From positions 177,413,493-177,477,492 of the forward strand of contig NC_068981.1 in assembly GCF_001194135.2 (NCBI RefSeq): a stretch of 64,000 nt of DNA, read 5' to 3'. The first letter of the stretch is position 1. The number at the start of each line of letters is the position of its first letter. The notes below the pieces were generated by a model. The model worked only from the letters and a program-made list of their open reading frames with translations. It was not told the origin of the DNA and ran no database searches. Source of the DNA: Octopus bimaculoides. Lineage: Eukaryota. The position numbers and the translations under genes are program-made. This document shows positions 12,897-25,521 of the stretch, piece after piece.

Positions 12897-14229
12897 AATA
12901 TCTGTATAACTTTTGAGGCTTATGATATGAGGCACAATTTCAAGAATATAAGTTTTTGGACTTTGTTAAATGAATGTTTTTGATGAAATGATAATTTTTT
13001 AATATACCAGTATAATCAAAAAAGAAAAAATTAAGAAGTGATTTTGTTGGTATGGCTGTTTGGAACACTATAAGCCTTACAATAATAATTATGTGATCAC
13101 TGCTATTTCTAGCACACTAAACGTAGTTGGGTTACCTTGAAGTTTGTTTAAATTAGAGATATATTACAACTACAATAAATTACTGAAAGAAATATTTACT
13201 AAGCAAGTGAGATTTTTTATAAATTGAAGTTTTCAGGAAAATTTACTTTCTGAACTTCCTTTTATCAGCAGTCCTTGTTTTCACAGCCCCATTTCTCTGA
13301 CTGTGTAGTCACCACATAACTGCTACATACACATACAAAATTTATGTATGTGTGTGTTTGCATGTATGAATATATATATACGCATACATTCCTATGTCTT
13401 GAAGTATGAAGTGGAGTTTATCCATAACAACAGTTTTGAATTTCTACTATAACATTATATAACACTGGTATTTTCACATGAAGCATAATTTATTTGTTAC
13501 TTTGCATTCATTCCTTTATTATCACATTGCAGAGTTCAATTTCTTAAATATTTTTACAATTGTGAAAAATTAAATATAACCAAGTAATTTCAAGCCTCTT
13601 TCTTTTATCATTATAATATTACTTTTAAGCATTCATTTAATCCTTTTTTTTTCTTCGATTTTTGAAATCTGTATCACTGCCATTTTGATATAATACAAAA
13701 TTATTTTTGTACATAGTTATTAGATTATTTTAAATTCTCACAGTTCTTGTGTAATCTAGATCCTTCTATGTTACTCAGAAGAATTTCTTTGCAATTTCTT
13801 TTTCACTATTATCTTTCAAATATTTTACATGTTTTCTTACTTTCTAATTTCTTGATATTCACTTTCTTATTTCCAACAGAATTCTCTATAAATTTTTATA
13901 TACTTATTTCGAAATGCTAAATCTGAACAATGTTCTAATGTAATTTTTCAAGTAACATTAGCTAGAAAATTAGATCTAAATTCAAAATTTTCCTTTCATT
14001 TTTTTTAAAGTGGCAAGAAAAGAAGAAAAGAAATCGTTCAAACTAAAGTGTATAGCAAATGCATTGAATCAAAGAAAGGAAAGTTCAAAAGTGATCCAAA
14101 TTATTCAGTACAGTTAGCATCTTGCATTAAATTTTCTACAACACAAAACTTAATCAAACTTAGTTGATAGGATTCCTGGTTTTGATTATGGTAACATAAC
14201 TTGCAAACTAGTGAGGAACTTCAGTATAG

Positions 14230-14640
14230 TAACTAACTTAAGTCTCAAGTGCAGCAAATTGCCAATCATCTTGGTCCTTTATTGTCTCCTCTGTGAGGCT
14301 CAACATCTGAAGATCATTTTTCTCCACTTTGTTCCTTGTCTTCCGAGGTTTTCCTCTCCCATAGGTTCCCGCCATTTAGAGATCAGCACTTCTTTATGTT
14401 GCTATCTGCATCCATATGCATCACATGACTATGTCAGCACAGTCTTCCCTCTTGCACATTACATCTGATGCCTCTTATATCCAGTTTTTCTCTCAACACA
14501 TTTATACTTTATTATTCATGTACAATGACATTGCACATCCAGCAGAGCATGCTGACTTCATTTCTTTCAAGATTTTTCATAGCCTCTGCTTTCACAGCCC
14601 ATATTTCTCTACCAAACTGCATCTCACCTAGGTTAACTCT
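14230..14640 (-). mobile_element. Degenerate RTE-type LINE 3' fragment
   Basis: The reverse strand ends in ..KWRKMIFRC, similar to RTE C-termini. Heavily frameshifted. Confidence 0.45.
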
Positions 14641-15963
14641 CTTCCTAATTAATTAAGCTATGACCCATTTTGTAACTTTCCTGACATGGTCTGGCATTTT
14701 GATACCTCTGTAGATAAAGTGCTGGGTTCAATATAATGAAAGTTGATGCCCCACCATGGCGACAGTCAAGTTAGTGAGACCAGAGAAAAAATTAAACAGT
14801 GCAAAGCATAGGTTACGTCAGGTGTCTATAAGAATCCACGCACTGTTTGACAAAGAAATAAGTGTAGGAGATAAGTTCAATGTGATCCATTGTATGTGCA
14901 ATGTTAACTGACGGGAAAGCTATGTGCTATGTGTACAAAGAGAAAGCTGTAGTAGTATGGACATGTGATTTATATCATTGAAAAATGCATGGTGAAGAAG
15001 TACATTAGAAGGTTCTTATCATAGAAGCAGACAAATGGAAAAAAAAATAATAACTGGGGTGGAAATATATAAGATTAGTTATGAAAATATTAGTATTCAC
15101 AGTTAAGTTGATGTAGGCCATATTCTGTTGTATAAACACGTTCCACCTACATGTTGAGATTTCATACACACACTCAATCATTTGCACATACAACCATTTA
15201 GAAGTGAAATTATTATTTACTATTTTCAAACAACTCTCATAAGCTATACACTTCAATGAAAAATATAGTTCATCTTATATTACATTGCAGCTTATACTAT
15301 AATTAGACCTATAGTTCATTTGATTTCACTTCGTGGTCAATTGTATGTATAGCTGATAGCAGACAACAGCAGAAAGAGAATCGATATCAAATTAGATGAT
15401 TGTTGACTACTGTAAAAAATATGATTCATAGCTGTTCCTATAATATGATGTCTGGTTGGGATACATGACACATTAGAAATATTGATTTCTAACAATGCAC
15501 AAAGCTAGGAATTTGGGGTAGGGTACAATTAAATTGACCCTTAATAATTGACAGATACTTTATTTTATGAACCTTAGCAGGGAGGAAAACAGAGCTGGTC
15601 TCAGCAACATTTGAATCCAAAATGTAAAAGGTCTTAACTTAATACTACATGGCAATTGCCAAAGGCATGGCTATAGGCACAGGCATGGCTGAGTGATTAA
15701 AATTATTCTGCAAATCATGTGGTTTCAGTTTCCATCTTACTGCACAGAATCTGGATGTACCTTCTACTATAGTTCTGGGGCGATCAATGACTTGTGTGAA
15801 TTTGGTAGCTGGAAACTGTAAGAAAACCTATCGTATGTGTGTTTGTGTGAATACTGACATTCCATGGTGTAGCTTGTCACCAGTTTAGCAAAATGGTGAT
15901 ATGATGGTTATGTCTTTTATTGATATCATAACTGGTCATTCCACACATTTAAAAAGTTCATAA

Positions 15964-15965
<2 letters not shown>

Positions 15966-15999
<34 letters not shown>
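15966..15999 (+). repeat. Poly-T (34 nt)
   Basis: Direct read. Confidence 0.95.
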
Positions 16000-16001
<2 letters not shown>

Positions 16002-16859
16002 AATGATATTGAGGATTGCCTTATCTAATGTGCCTCTTCCTTTTTTAACATAATATATGATCAGAGGGACATTTGACTGCTATTCTCACTAGTTAAGAAA
16101 CCATGCCAAGCCAGACAGTAGAGCGTGAAACAGATTTCTGACTTGCTAGTTCCTGTCAAACCATCCAATCAATGCCAGCATAGAGGAAGGACATTAAATG
16201 AAGATGACAATAATATATAAACATGACTATGTTCAAATTTGATCTTTATTATTAAAGAATTTTCATATTATTTGTCTTTTATGTTTAGCTTGGAACAATA
16301 ACATTCCTAAATCCATTAAGCTAACATTTCAAGACCTTTACAAACTCATTTTCAAATCAAACAGTTGTAAAGTCATGTAGGCTGCATGTTTTGTGGTGAG
16401 TTGCAAAGACTCTCGGGAATGGTTTTAAAACTAATAAAATCCTCAATGCTGGATTTATAATTATAAACAGTACATCCTAGTCAAGTTCATGATATCATGA
16501 CATAATTCTTTTTACAACTTACTGGAGAACATGTAGCCTATACACCATTACAATAGTTCATTGTAATTAGATTGTGAATGTCTTGCCTGAGTGGATACAA
16601 AGTTTGCTTCATAACCATGTGGTTTTCGAATCTATGCTGCTAAACAGTGCCTCTTGAATTATAGCAGGCTTAAACGCAGTGAAAATGATGATATTATATA
16701 CATACATATATGTATATCATATACAAGTATGTTATATACTTGTATATATTATTATACTCACACATACACATAAATGTACCTGTCATCAGCAAGGGTTTTC
16801 AACATTTGATAACTCAAAACAAAAAGTCTTAAATCTACAACTATGATATATGAACTTCA

Positions 16860-17170
16860 ATATGCTAATAATAATGGTTGCCTCATCTTGACCTGAAGCC
16901 AATCATCAAATCAACATTGTTTCTCCTTACTATCCATTTAGCAAAACTGAAGACATTTCCCTAATATCTACCTGGAGAAGAAAGGAGACCTCTAAAAATT
17001 ATTATCCATGCTGAAGTAATTGAGGAGGTTTCATCTTTTCCTTCTCTTGGCAGAATCTAGTCCAACTCCTGCTCCCTAGACAATGAGGTCACTAACTGTC
17101 AAAGAGCAGCCCACAGTCTCTGGGCTCCCATAACACCATGTCTGAAGCTGAGAACAAAAATCATGGCTGT
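16860..17170 (+). mobile_element. Degenerate RTE LINE fragment (post-RT region)
   Basis: Translates as ..EVIEEVSSFPSLGRI*SNSCSLDNEVTN..LKLRTKIM, similar to RTE 'IE.V..F.YLGS......EI..R...L.TK'. Confidence 0.5.
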
Positions 17171-19339
17171 TGTACCCTTTACATTATTCTGTGGTTGTGG
17201 AAGCTGATGCACATGCACACACACACGCACATTCATTCACAGACACACATACCCTTAACATAGTTCTCAAACAGAATCAGTGTGCTATGATAAGGCTGCA
17301 GATTAGAATTACAAGTACAACCCATCCAATGGGCATCTATATAGTTTCAGTTTACCCAGTTTCACTCACAAGGTATGTCGATTTAAGGCCATCGAAAATG
17401 ACATTCAATAATGCAATTTAATTGTAATATATGAATGAAGGTAGGAATTGAAACATGCGTAGACAACATGAAATTGACTACTATTATGTAAATAAATTGA
17501 TTTTCTGTGTTCACATTCTCCATTGTCTTTAAATTATATTATTAAAATTCTATATGGGATAGATGAAAACATCTATAATGACCACTGGAAAAGTGAAAAT
17601 TTTTTATGGGTTATTATTTTAATGCTCACTATATATTCAAAAGCTTGAGCTCAATGAATCACACAGGACATAGCTTCCTTGGAAAAATGAGTCCATGAGG
17701 ACAATTTCTTATGACAAACCTTTTGTTATACCTCCATGGGTATCCATCTGCATGTGAGTCTTCAGTGAGCTTTAAATCCTTACTACAATGAAGTTAAATG
17801 TGATAAATAAGGCTGGAAAGTAATTATGCTTTGTGTATTTGCATTTACATACATATGAGTAGTTTTTAAATAGTCACAACCAAGATGCATCGTACAATGT
17901 TGTGCCAAAAATCTCTGTCTTCTGTTAACTTTGAAAGATCTTCAGTTTATGTTGTGTGTGTATACCAAGAAATGCCAATATAGCTGACTTATCTTCATTT
18001 TGTGTTAGGGTGTCAAAAGTCTCCAAAAAATAACATTTTTTAAGGCCTGTTGTTCAGCAGGATAACAGTGGCCAGCAATGTCCACCCTGCATTGAGCAAA
18101 AATTAAGATAGTTGAAACTTGTTCATAAGTCTCATCTTTGGTCTTGTGCTTATGCTATGAGATGTTCTGAGCCCTCAAGTGTAGTTAATAGCCAATTGTT
18201 CATGCTAATTAAGAATTTTAATGAAATATTAGGTGTTACACAAGAATCACACAAGAATCTTTATAGAATGTAGTGGTAACAGTCCATTATTTTACTTTCA
18301 TTCCTTAATAGTTTCTTTTTGTAAGTAAACAGTTTTACTTTTTTACCTGGAAACCACCTGCACCTGGCAAAGTTGAAACTTTCTTTTTCATGGGGCTCTG
18401 GAAACACTGAAACATCTTATTTTCAGCAATGCTAGCTTAATATGTTAACTAAATGCTTCTAACAATGATGTTGAGTAATATCAACTCAAAGCCATGCAGT
18501 TACCATGTGATGTTCTTAACAACAGTCATATTTGTGCCTATATTAAATTATATGTATATCATATGAATTATTAAAACATATATTGGTAGAGTTGTACAAA
18601 ATGAATCTCATCTGAGTAATATTTTGATTTTCAATTTTTCTAGGGTAAACTTCTTTATAAATCTGTTTTACTATTCAGTTTTAAAATCCAGTTTTAAAAC
18701 AGAAAAGTTTTAAAATTGGATTTTTGAAAAACACTTTATGCTCTCCATTTCAAGGTACACAGCCAGTGTTCACTTTTCCACTTTTGACATTTTTATCAGA
18801 AATCTTCTCTGAATTAGGTCTTAAACATAGGAGAGTACTAGCCTGCAAGGAAAAAATAGTTTTTAGGTTAGGGGTTGAAGGTTTATTATTAGGTTTAAGA
18901 CATGGAGTTAAGAGTATAAAGCTTAGGGTTAAAGTATAGACTTGCATAGACTCAATTTGTGAATTTTTTAAAAACACAATCATAATTTCTAATATATAAA
19001 GCATAAAGATCTAAAAATATTTTTTTAAATAAATTAAAAATCAAAATTGTAAGTGGGGTGCATATCAGGTATGTATGTCGTATATATATTAAAAACATAT
19101 TGACTGTATTGTCATGGCTGGAATGGTACTGTGCTATTTCCTTTTACAGTGGTTTATTGAATGCGTGTAATATTTTAAAAAGTAAAAGAGAAATATATAA
19201 ATCTGTTACAAATAATGTATGATTAGTTTGAATCAATAACATTACCAAGTTCATTAGTATTTCTTCTCAGCTTCATCTGAATAAGCTTTGTTGCAGCTTT
19301 TTATATAGTAGACATGAAGGAAGAGATCATGGAAATGGT

Positions 19340-19392
19340 GTAACTCATAATGAATGAATGAATGAATGTATATATGTATGTATGCATGCATG

Positions 19393-19423
<31 letters not shown>

Positions 19424-19480
19424 GCATGTATCTATGTATGCATAGACGTCTCTGAGTGTATATATATATATATATGCATG
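19340..19480. repeat. Compound microsatellite (TGAA)n-(TATG)n-(TATC)n-(TA)n
   Basis: Direct read. Confidence 0.9.
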
Positions 19481-20029
19481 TATATCATTAAAATGACAAT
19501 AACACTTTGCTCGTTAGAGAATGGAAACTTTTTGTAAACTGAAAGTAAAATAAATAAATAATAACAGACAATACAGCTTTTTAGAGTAATCATATTAAAT
19601 ATTTAAATCAGGATATCTCAGACATGTTTTCACAATAAAAATTATGGTCAATCAATTACAGTGCTAATGTTTAACACTGCCACATGTATTCTGCACCAAG
19701 AAAACTACTGTTTGTAATGCATATGCAAAAGCAACAAAACAGTTTTCTCTCATCAGGTGCTTATTTTCTGGCTAGTTGTCCCACTGTGATTGTAGTATAT
19801 GTCTCTTCAGTTTGGCAAGAACAGTTGTATATGACCAAATGTATAATGATATGTTTGTATGCAGTATGCATGCATGTGTGTCCGTGTATCCATGCTTAAA
19901 TAAAATATGACTCTTACACAAAAACTACAGCCTATTTATATAGCAGCTGTATAAAAACAAATTGTTCCTTAACACTAAATGAATAAACAGAATTTCTGGA
20001 CCTATTACAGTAACAAGAAAAAAATGTAG

Positions 20030-21120
20030 ATGTAAGATATTTGTAAAACCCTCTCCATAACCTTCATCACCTGATCCAGCAGTTTGATACCCCTGTAGTT
20101 ACATCTATCTAACGCATCTCCTTTACCATTGTAGCAGTTGACTATGGTGCTGCTATGCCAGTCATTGGGTATGATTCCTTCATGAACTACTTGGTTTACA
20201 GTATGGGTGACTACGCCATGACCCACACCACCAGATATTTTAAGCACCTCAGCAGTGATTCCTGATGGGCGGAGGGCTTTTCCTGACTTCATATCCTTAA
20301 TTGCTTTATCTACCAGGGTGCTATCTATTCACATAGCTGGTCCCTCTACTGGGTCGACATTTGGCAGGCTCTCCTCCTCCCAATCATTCTCCACGTTCAG
20401 CAGTCTTTCATAATGGCTTCTTCAAGCTTCTGTCTTTTCTGAATCATTAAAAGCAAGTGCACCATCATCCATGCGGACACTTTTCTCTCCTGTGACATCA
20501 TTATTTTCTCTTACACACTGTCTTGCAATCCTAAATACTTCAGTTCTTTGGTCCTCATGTCGCTGAACATTGGCAAACTTTTTCTTTTCTGCTTCTCCCT
20601 TGGCTATGTATACTTGTCACCCAGCCTCCCTTCTGGTTATCTGGTATAGTTCCCTCCTACCTCCACCCTTCCAGGCTTTCAAGGCCTGTTTTTTTGCTCT
20701 AATTGCCGTATTATTCCACCACTACGTTACTCTAGGTTTGGAAGGGACTTTGCACCAGCCGCAGATATTTGGTCTGTGGCACTCATTAAGCTCTCCCGCA
20801 GGAATTTCCAGTTACCCTCTATGTCACAAGTCTGTAGCTCCTCCTCCCTCTCATCAGATTTCTCAGTGAGGATGTCCCTAAATCTCTGACCATGTGAAGT
20901 GTTTTTTAGCTTCCAAATCCTTCTTTTCTGAATTGGTCTGCTTCTTGTCATCCTTCTGGCCTCAAGTGTAAAATCACTAATAACTAGTCTATGCTGGGGG
21001 TACATTCTTCACCAGGGAGGGTCTTTGTATTTAAGAGCAACCTTGCATCCCGCTGTCTGGTGAGGATGAAATCAATCTGGCTAGCAGAGTCGGCTTATTG
21101 ATAGGTTATCAGGAGGATGT
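20030..21120 (-). mobile_element. RTE-clade LINE fragment (end of APE domain to start of RT)
   Basis: ORFs 20727-21005 (QHRLVISDF..RRIWKLK) and 20005-20292 (MKSGKALRPSGITAEVLK..DRCNYRGIKLLDQVMKVMERV). Same family as 63334-64000. Confidence 0.92.
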
Positions 21121-21526
21121 CTGGCTTCCTACTAGTTCAGTCTAGTTCACCTACTTCACCTTGCCAACCTAAGTTGACTAATTTAACACCAAATGCGTTA
21201 AATCATTCAATCACTTACAGCTCAAAAAAACTTAGGTTAGGACAGAATTCTAATCATTATTCAAAAACAATGTAGTCTATCAATCATCCTCAAAAAAAAT
21301 CAATCAACCTTTTTTTTCTTATGGCACAAATCCTGAAAAATAAAACTTACAAATATATTCTATTTCCAAGAAAGGTAATTTTTCTGATCCAGTTAACAAT
21401 CTATTTATTTGCTCTCACCTTCAACACCTTTCTATTTTACAATACTATCAATAATCTTTTTACAACCTATAGTGAAAGGAAAGGTGCCTCTCTTGACATC
21501 AATAAAATCTTTAATGGTATCAAGAA

Positions 21527-21946
21527 TCATCATCATCATCATCATCGTTTAACGTCCGCTTTCCATGCTAGCATAGGTTGGACGATTTGACTGAGGACTG
21601 GTGAAACCCGATGGCTACACCAGGCTCTAATCTGATTTGGCAGAGTTTCTACAGTGGATGCCCTTCCTAACGCCAACCACTCCGAGAGTGTAGTGGGTGC
21701 TTTTACGTGTCACCGGCACAAAGGCCAGTCAGGCGATACTGGCAACGGCCATGCTCAAAATGGTGTATTTTATGTGCCACCCGCACAAGAGCCAGTCCAG
21801 GGTCACTGGCAATGATCTCGCTTGAAAAATCCTTACACATGCTGCGGGCACAAGTGCCAGAAAGGTGACGCTGGGCACAGGTGCCATCACGATTTCGCTT
21901 GCCCCAACAGGTCTTCGCAAGCTGAGTTTCGTGTCCAATGAAGGAA
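21527..21946 (-). mobile_element. Young (GAT)n-tailed non-autonomous retroposon (family C)
   Basis: (CAT)n-cgtttaacgtccgctttccatgctagc... Near-identical to copies at 24079, 37180, 49873 and 54060. Confidence 0.9.
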
Positions 21947-22290
21947 TATACTTTTACCCATCACTAATCCTATCAGGTCCACTCCACAGCAGTATGCATT
22001 GACAGAGTTATAATTCATCAATAGCAACCTGATTGAGAAAATTAAATCTAATACATTAGCACTAATCTCTTCAAAGACTATGAATAAATTTAGCAAACTT
22101 GTTACAGCAAAGTTTTTTGCAAACCATTAGAAAAGCTTACAACTGATAAGTATTTAAAAGAAACTACTCAGGTATTGAAAAAGAAGCATCCTATTTTGAT
22201 ACAAAGACTGCAAACATCTACTATAATAATACTCTTGCGTCTTTCTCTGTGACAACATATGAATGAGAAAGGAAGGGGTGATGGCAAACT

Positions 22291-22540
22291 TGGAAGTGGG
22301 ATGATAGAAGTCCAACGGTGAAAAGAAAAATCAAACAGCATTTCAACTCTGAGAGAGTATATGTGTGTGTATGTAAAAGGGAGTCATGTGAATGTTTTTG
22401 TGTGTGTGTGTGTGTGTGTACAATGGAAGTGGGATGGTGAACATTAAACACTGAAAAGAAAAATCAAACAGCATTTCAACTCTGTGTGAGTATATGTGTG
22501 TATGTGTGTGCATGTACAAGGGAAGTATGTGAATGTATAT
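22291..22540 (+). repeat. Tandem duplication, period about 133 bp
   Basis: tggaagtgggatg..gaaaagaaaaatcaaacagcatttcaactctg..gagtatatgtgtgt occurs at 22291 and 22424. Confidence 0.85.
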
Positions 22541-23727
22541 ATCTGTGATTATCATGTTCCTTATTTTCTACCTTATATATAGAATACTACAATTAGCCGT
22601 CATTTTTGACAACACGGTGCCAGCTAGTTTTATAAAGAGATAGTAATGCTAAAAGGTCAAAATTTCTCAGACCTATTACCCTTAATTATTCATATATAAT
22701 CTTTTTTCCTACACTTTTAAACCTAGAAATTGTAGGTGCATTATACCAGAGAACTAAATCCTTTTGGACATTATATATGTGAACTAAATCTATTTTCCAA
22801 TTTTAACTGCATGACTATATTCATGACAGCGTAAACTATATGTATTGTTCAAACTAACTGATAGGTAATGAAGAGTTTAAATCATTGTAATAATGTTACA
22901 TTATTCTATCATAGTGATAATACATTAAATATTTATGTTATTTCATAATAAGATCAGATCATACAATTGTGCCCATAAAGTTGTATCATACTCAAAGCTT
23001 TCTATCCAAAAGATTCAGAAGTGAAAAGTAAAACTGAAACCAAAAAAAAACTGATGAAATGTACTTAGTCTTCTATTTATATGCTGCAGTATACTTCAAT
23101 TCGTGTAGAAATGCTGATACAAGGACATATACTTCTGAAAACTTTTGTATTTCAATAAACTGTTGTAGTAGGTAATATAAGGTATATTTTCCATGACTTC
23201 ACAGTCAATATATTGTTTAATATATATAAACAATATATAAATTAATATATCAAAATCATTCATACTGAAATGGACTGTACCTGAAATTCAAAGGTGAAGC
23301 TTTGTAACACACTGCCATATTGATTCTACCAAATGTCTGTAGGATACTCCACCATTTACACTATAATACAATGATTGGAAAGTTTTATTGATAGAAAAAA
23401 CTGGAACATTGATCAGATCAGTCAAGGTTTGTTCAAGTGTCTGAGAAATAACCACATATCAATCTTTCTAATGCTTTAAAGTTGTTTTTTTTCCTAGCCA
23501 CTGTGCAGAACTGTTGATACTTTGGACAAAAATATAAAATTCAAAGCTAGTTCATAGCTTTCAAACTTTAATGGAAGTTTATCAAATGCACGTTTGTAAA
23601 TTAAAATGAGCAGCGATATTTTGATGTGGGCAGTGGCGATACAGTGACTCATTCCTTGATAGGGTATGTATTAGGAGTAGTGGTAAATTTTATACCAGAG
23701 GAATGCTTGGCAAACTGGTAAAAGTTA

Positions 23728-23991
23728 ATTATTTACATTTGACGGATGTTTGTCCTCATCTTGTTTGTTGTTAACACAGCGTTTCGGCTGATATGCCCTC
23801 CAGCCTTCATCAGGTGTCTTGGGGAGATTTCGAGCCTGGGTTCTCATTCCTAAGGTATTTTTCGATGATGTTGATGATGATGATGGTGGCAGTGGTGGTG
23901 GTGCTACTGCTGTTGTTGCTGTTCAGGCCACTGTCTGGAATTGGGCTCAGAGTCTTGCGGTTGGTGGCCCATGCTCTTAACCACTATGCCA
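23728..23991 (-). mobile_element. tRNA-headed SINE-like element carrying a hammerhead motif
   Basis: On the - strand: A box TGGCATAGTGG, a degenerate B box, a triplet repeat tract, a hammerhead core, then the first TTTT at 23723-23720. Confidence 0.75.
23773..23818 (-). ncRNA. Minimal type-I hammerhead ribozyme motif (this copy has U16.1>C)
   Basis: - strand: GACAC CUGAUGA A GGCUG-gagggcauau-CAGCC GAAA CG C U GUGUU. Stem I is GACAC/GUGUU. Stem II is a perfect 5 bp. Stem III would be the palindrome ACGU if position 23779 read U. Confidence 0.75.
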
Positions 23992-23999
23992 CGGGCATA

Positions 24000-24069
24000 T
24001 GGCATAGTGGTTGAGAGCACAGGCTGCTGGCCCCAGGGTTCCGAGTTCGATTCCGGACAATGACCTGAA
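24000..24069 (+). mobile_element. Second tRNA-derived head, inverted head-to-head with 23922-23991, truncated by a family C copy
   Basis: tggcatagtggttgagagcac..gagttcgattcc..tgacctgaa is homologous to the reverse complement of 23922-23991. Confidence 0.85.
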
Positions 24070-24078
24070 TAATAATAA

Positions 24079-24258
24079 CCCACTACACTCTCGGAGTGGT
24101 TGGCGTTAGGAAGGGCATCCAACTGTAGAAACTCTGCCAGATCAGATTGGAGTCTGGTGCAACCATCTGGTTCGCTAGTCCTCAGTCAAATCGTCCAACC
24201 CATGCTAGCATGGAAAGCGGACGTTAAACGATGATGATGATGATGATGATGATGATGT
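24079..24258 (+). mobile_element. Family C retroposon, 5'-truncated, (GAT)n tail
   Basis: ..ggaagggcatccaactgtagaaactctgcc..gcggacgttaaacgatgatgatg. Confidence 0.9.
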
Positions 24259-25487
24259 ATACAATCGAAATGACAATATTTCCATTTATTTCACTAAATG
24301 GTTTTGACACATTAAACAATGTTTATATTGTGCAATTCATTTTTTTGAATTAAAAACCTGCCACATCCTAAATGTCTGATGATCGAAACATATAAATCCA
24401 AGAATCATTTTGACGAAAATGTAAGAGAGAGTTCAAACGACCCTATTAAACAATAAAACTGTATATATGCTGTTATCAGAATCACATTGATTTTCTAGGG
24501 GGAAAAAAAAAAAAAGAAGAAAAGCATAATCATGTTGACTTTATATATAAAAGATGTACTTTTACAGCCAATGCTGTAAATGCTCAAAAGTCACTCCTTT
24601 TGAAAAGTAAACAAACGTAGAGTTATTTATTTGAAAGTTTTCAGATGAGAAATTTATGGAGATGTATGTTTGTCCTATGTCAAGATTTAAACCAGATTAA
24701 AGCAGTGAAATATATATTACTATATGTAACACAAAATCTCCCATATTCAAAGTTTAGAAATCCAAAGACTGTTAGAGAAAAAACAATGCATAATAAAAGA
24801 AATTAGAGATATTTTTATAATCCATGAATAACTGAAATGAATAAATATAGAATTTGAAATAGATTATTATTAAAGGGTACTGTTTTCACTTCTTAACTGT
24901 TATTAATAGCACATGGTTAACTTATTAAACTAGTACTGTTGAAAATGAAGTATCTATTATTTAGAAAAGTAAACAAAAATAGGATTATTTATTCAAAAGT
25001 TTTTAGAAGAGAAATTAACAAAAGAAAATATACATCTAGCTAACAATGAGAGTTAAACAAGATCAAAACAACCAAATATATATACAAGATATAATGACAT
25101 ATATGAAATATCCAATATTCCAAACTAAGAAATTTGAAAATTTAAGACAAATAAAAAGATAAAAGTTACAGGGTGGATTGTGTTTTGCTTATTTTGAAGT
25201 ATTTATTTATTATTTGAGGCATTTATTTATTTCAGTAAAGGAAGAAATAAATTATTCTTTGCATTCCTAACTATTGCTGGTTTCATTTTTAATTATGCCA
25301 TTTTTATCAAATATATCATATCTTATATACACACACTGACTTTTTTTTTAGTTGGTGCATATTCATAGACAATATGTATTTTTACTGGCATTCTATAATA
25401 AAAAAAATAGCAGTGGAAATTCACATGAGCGTATTAATGCGAATACAGTATTCAACTCTCAAAAACAGTGTACATGCATGTGCATGA

Positions 25488-25521
<34 letters not shown>

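Noticed and set aside
7352-13760. 17-bp inverted match TCTAGATTACACAAGAA (about 7352 and 13744)
   Set aside because: Flanks are unrelated, and a single such match is plausible by chance in 64 kb of AT-rich DNA.
18780-18940. Telomere-like TTAGG(G) motifs
   Set aside because: They are scattered and imperfect rather than a tandem array; more likely part of a repeat.
19735-19760. Minus-strand CUGAUGA-GA-GAAA
   Set aside because: No supporting stems; expected by chance.
24000-24069. tRNA gene
   Set aside because: A and B boxes are present, but there is no proper acceptor stem or anticodon arm; it is a SINE head.
24376-24394. CUGAUGA-UC-GAAA-CAUAUA hammerhead-like core
   Set aside because: There is no stem II, no U16.1/NUH and no stem I partner.
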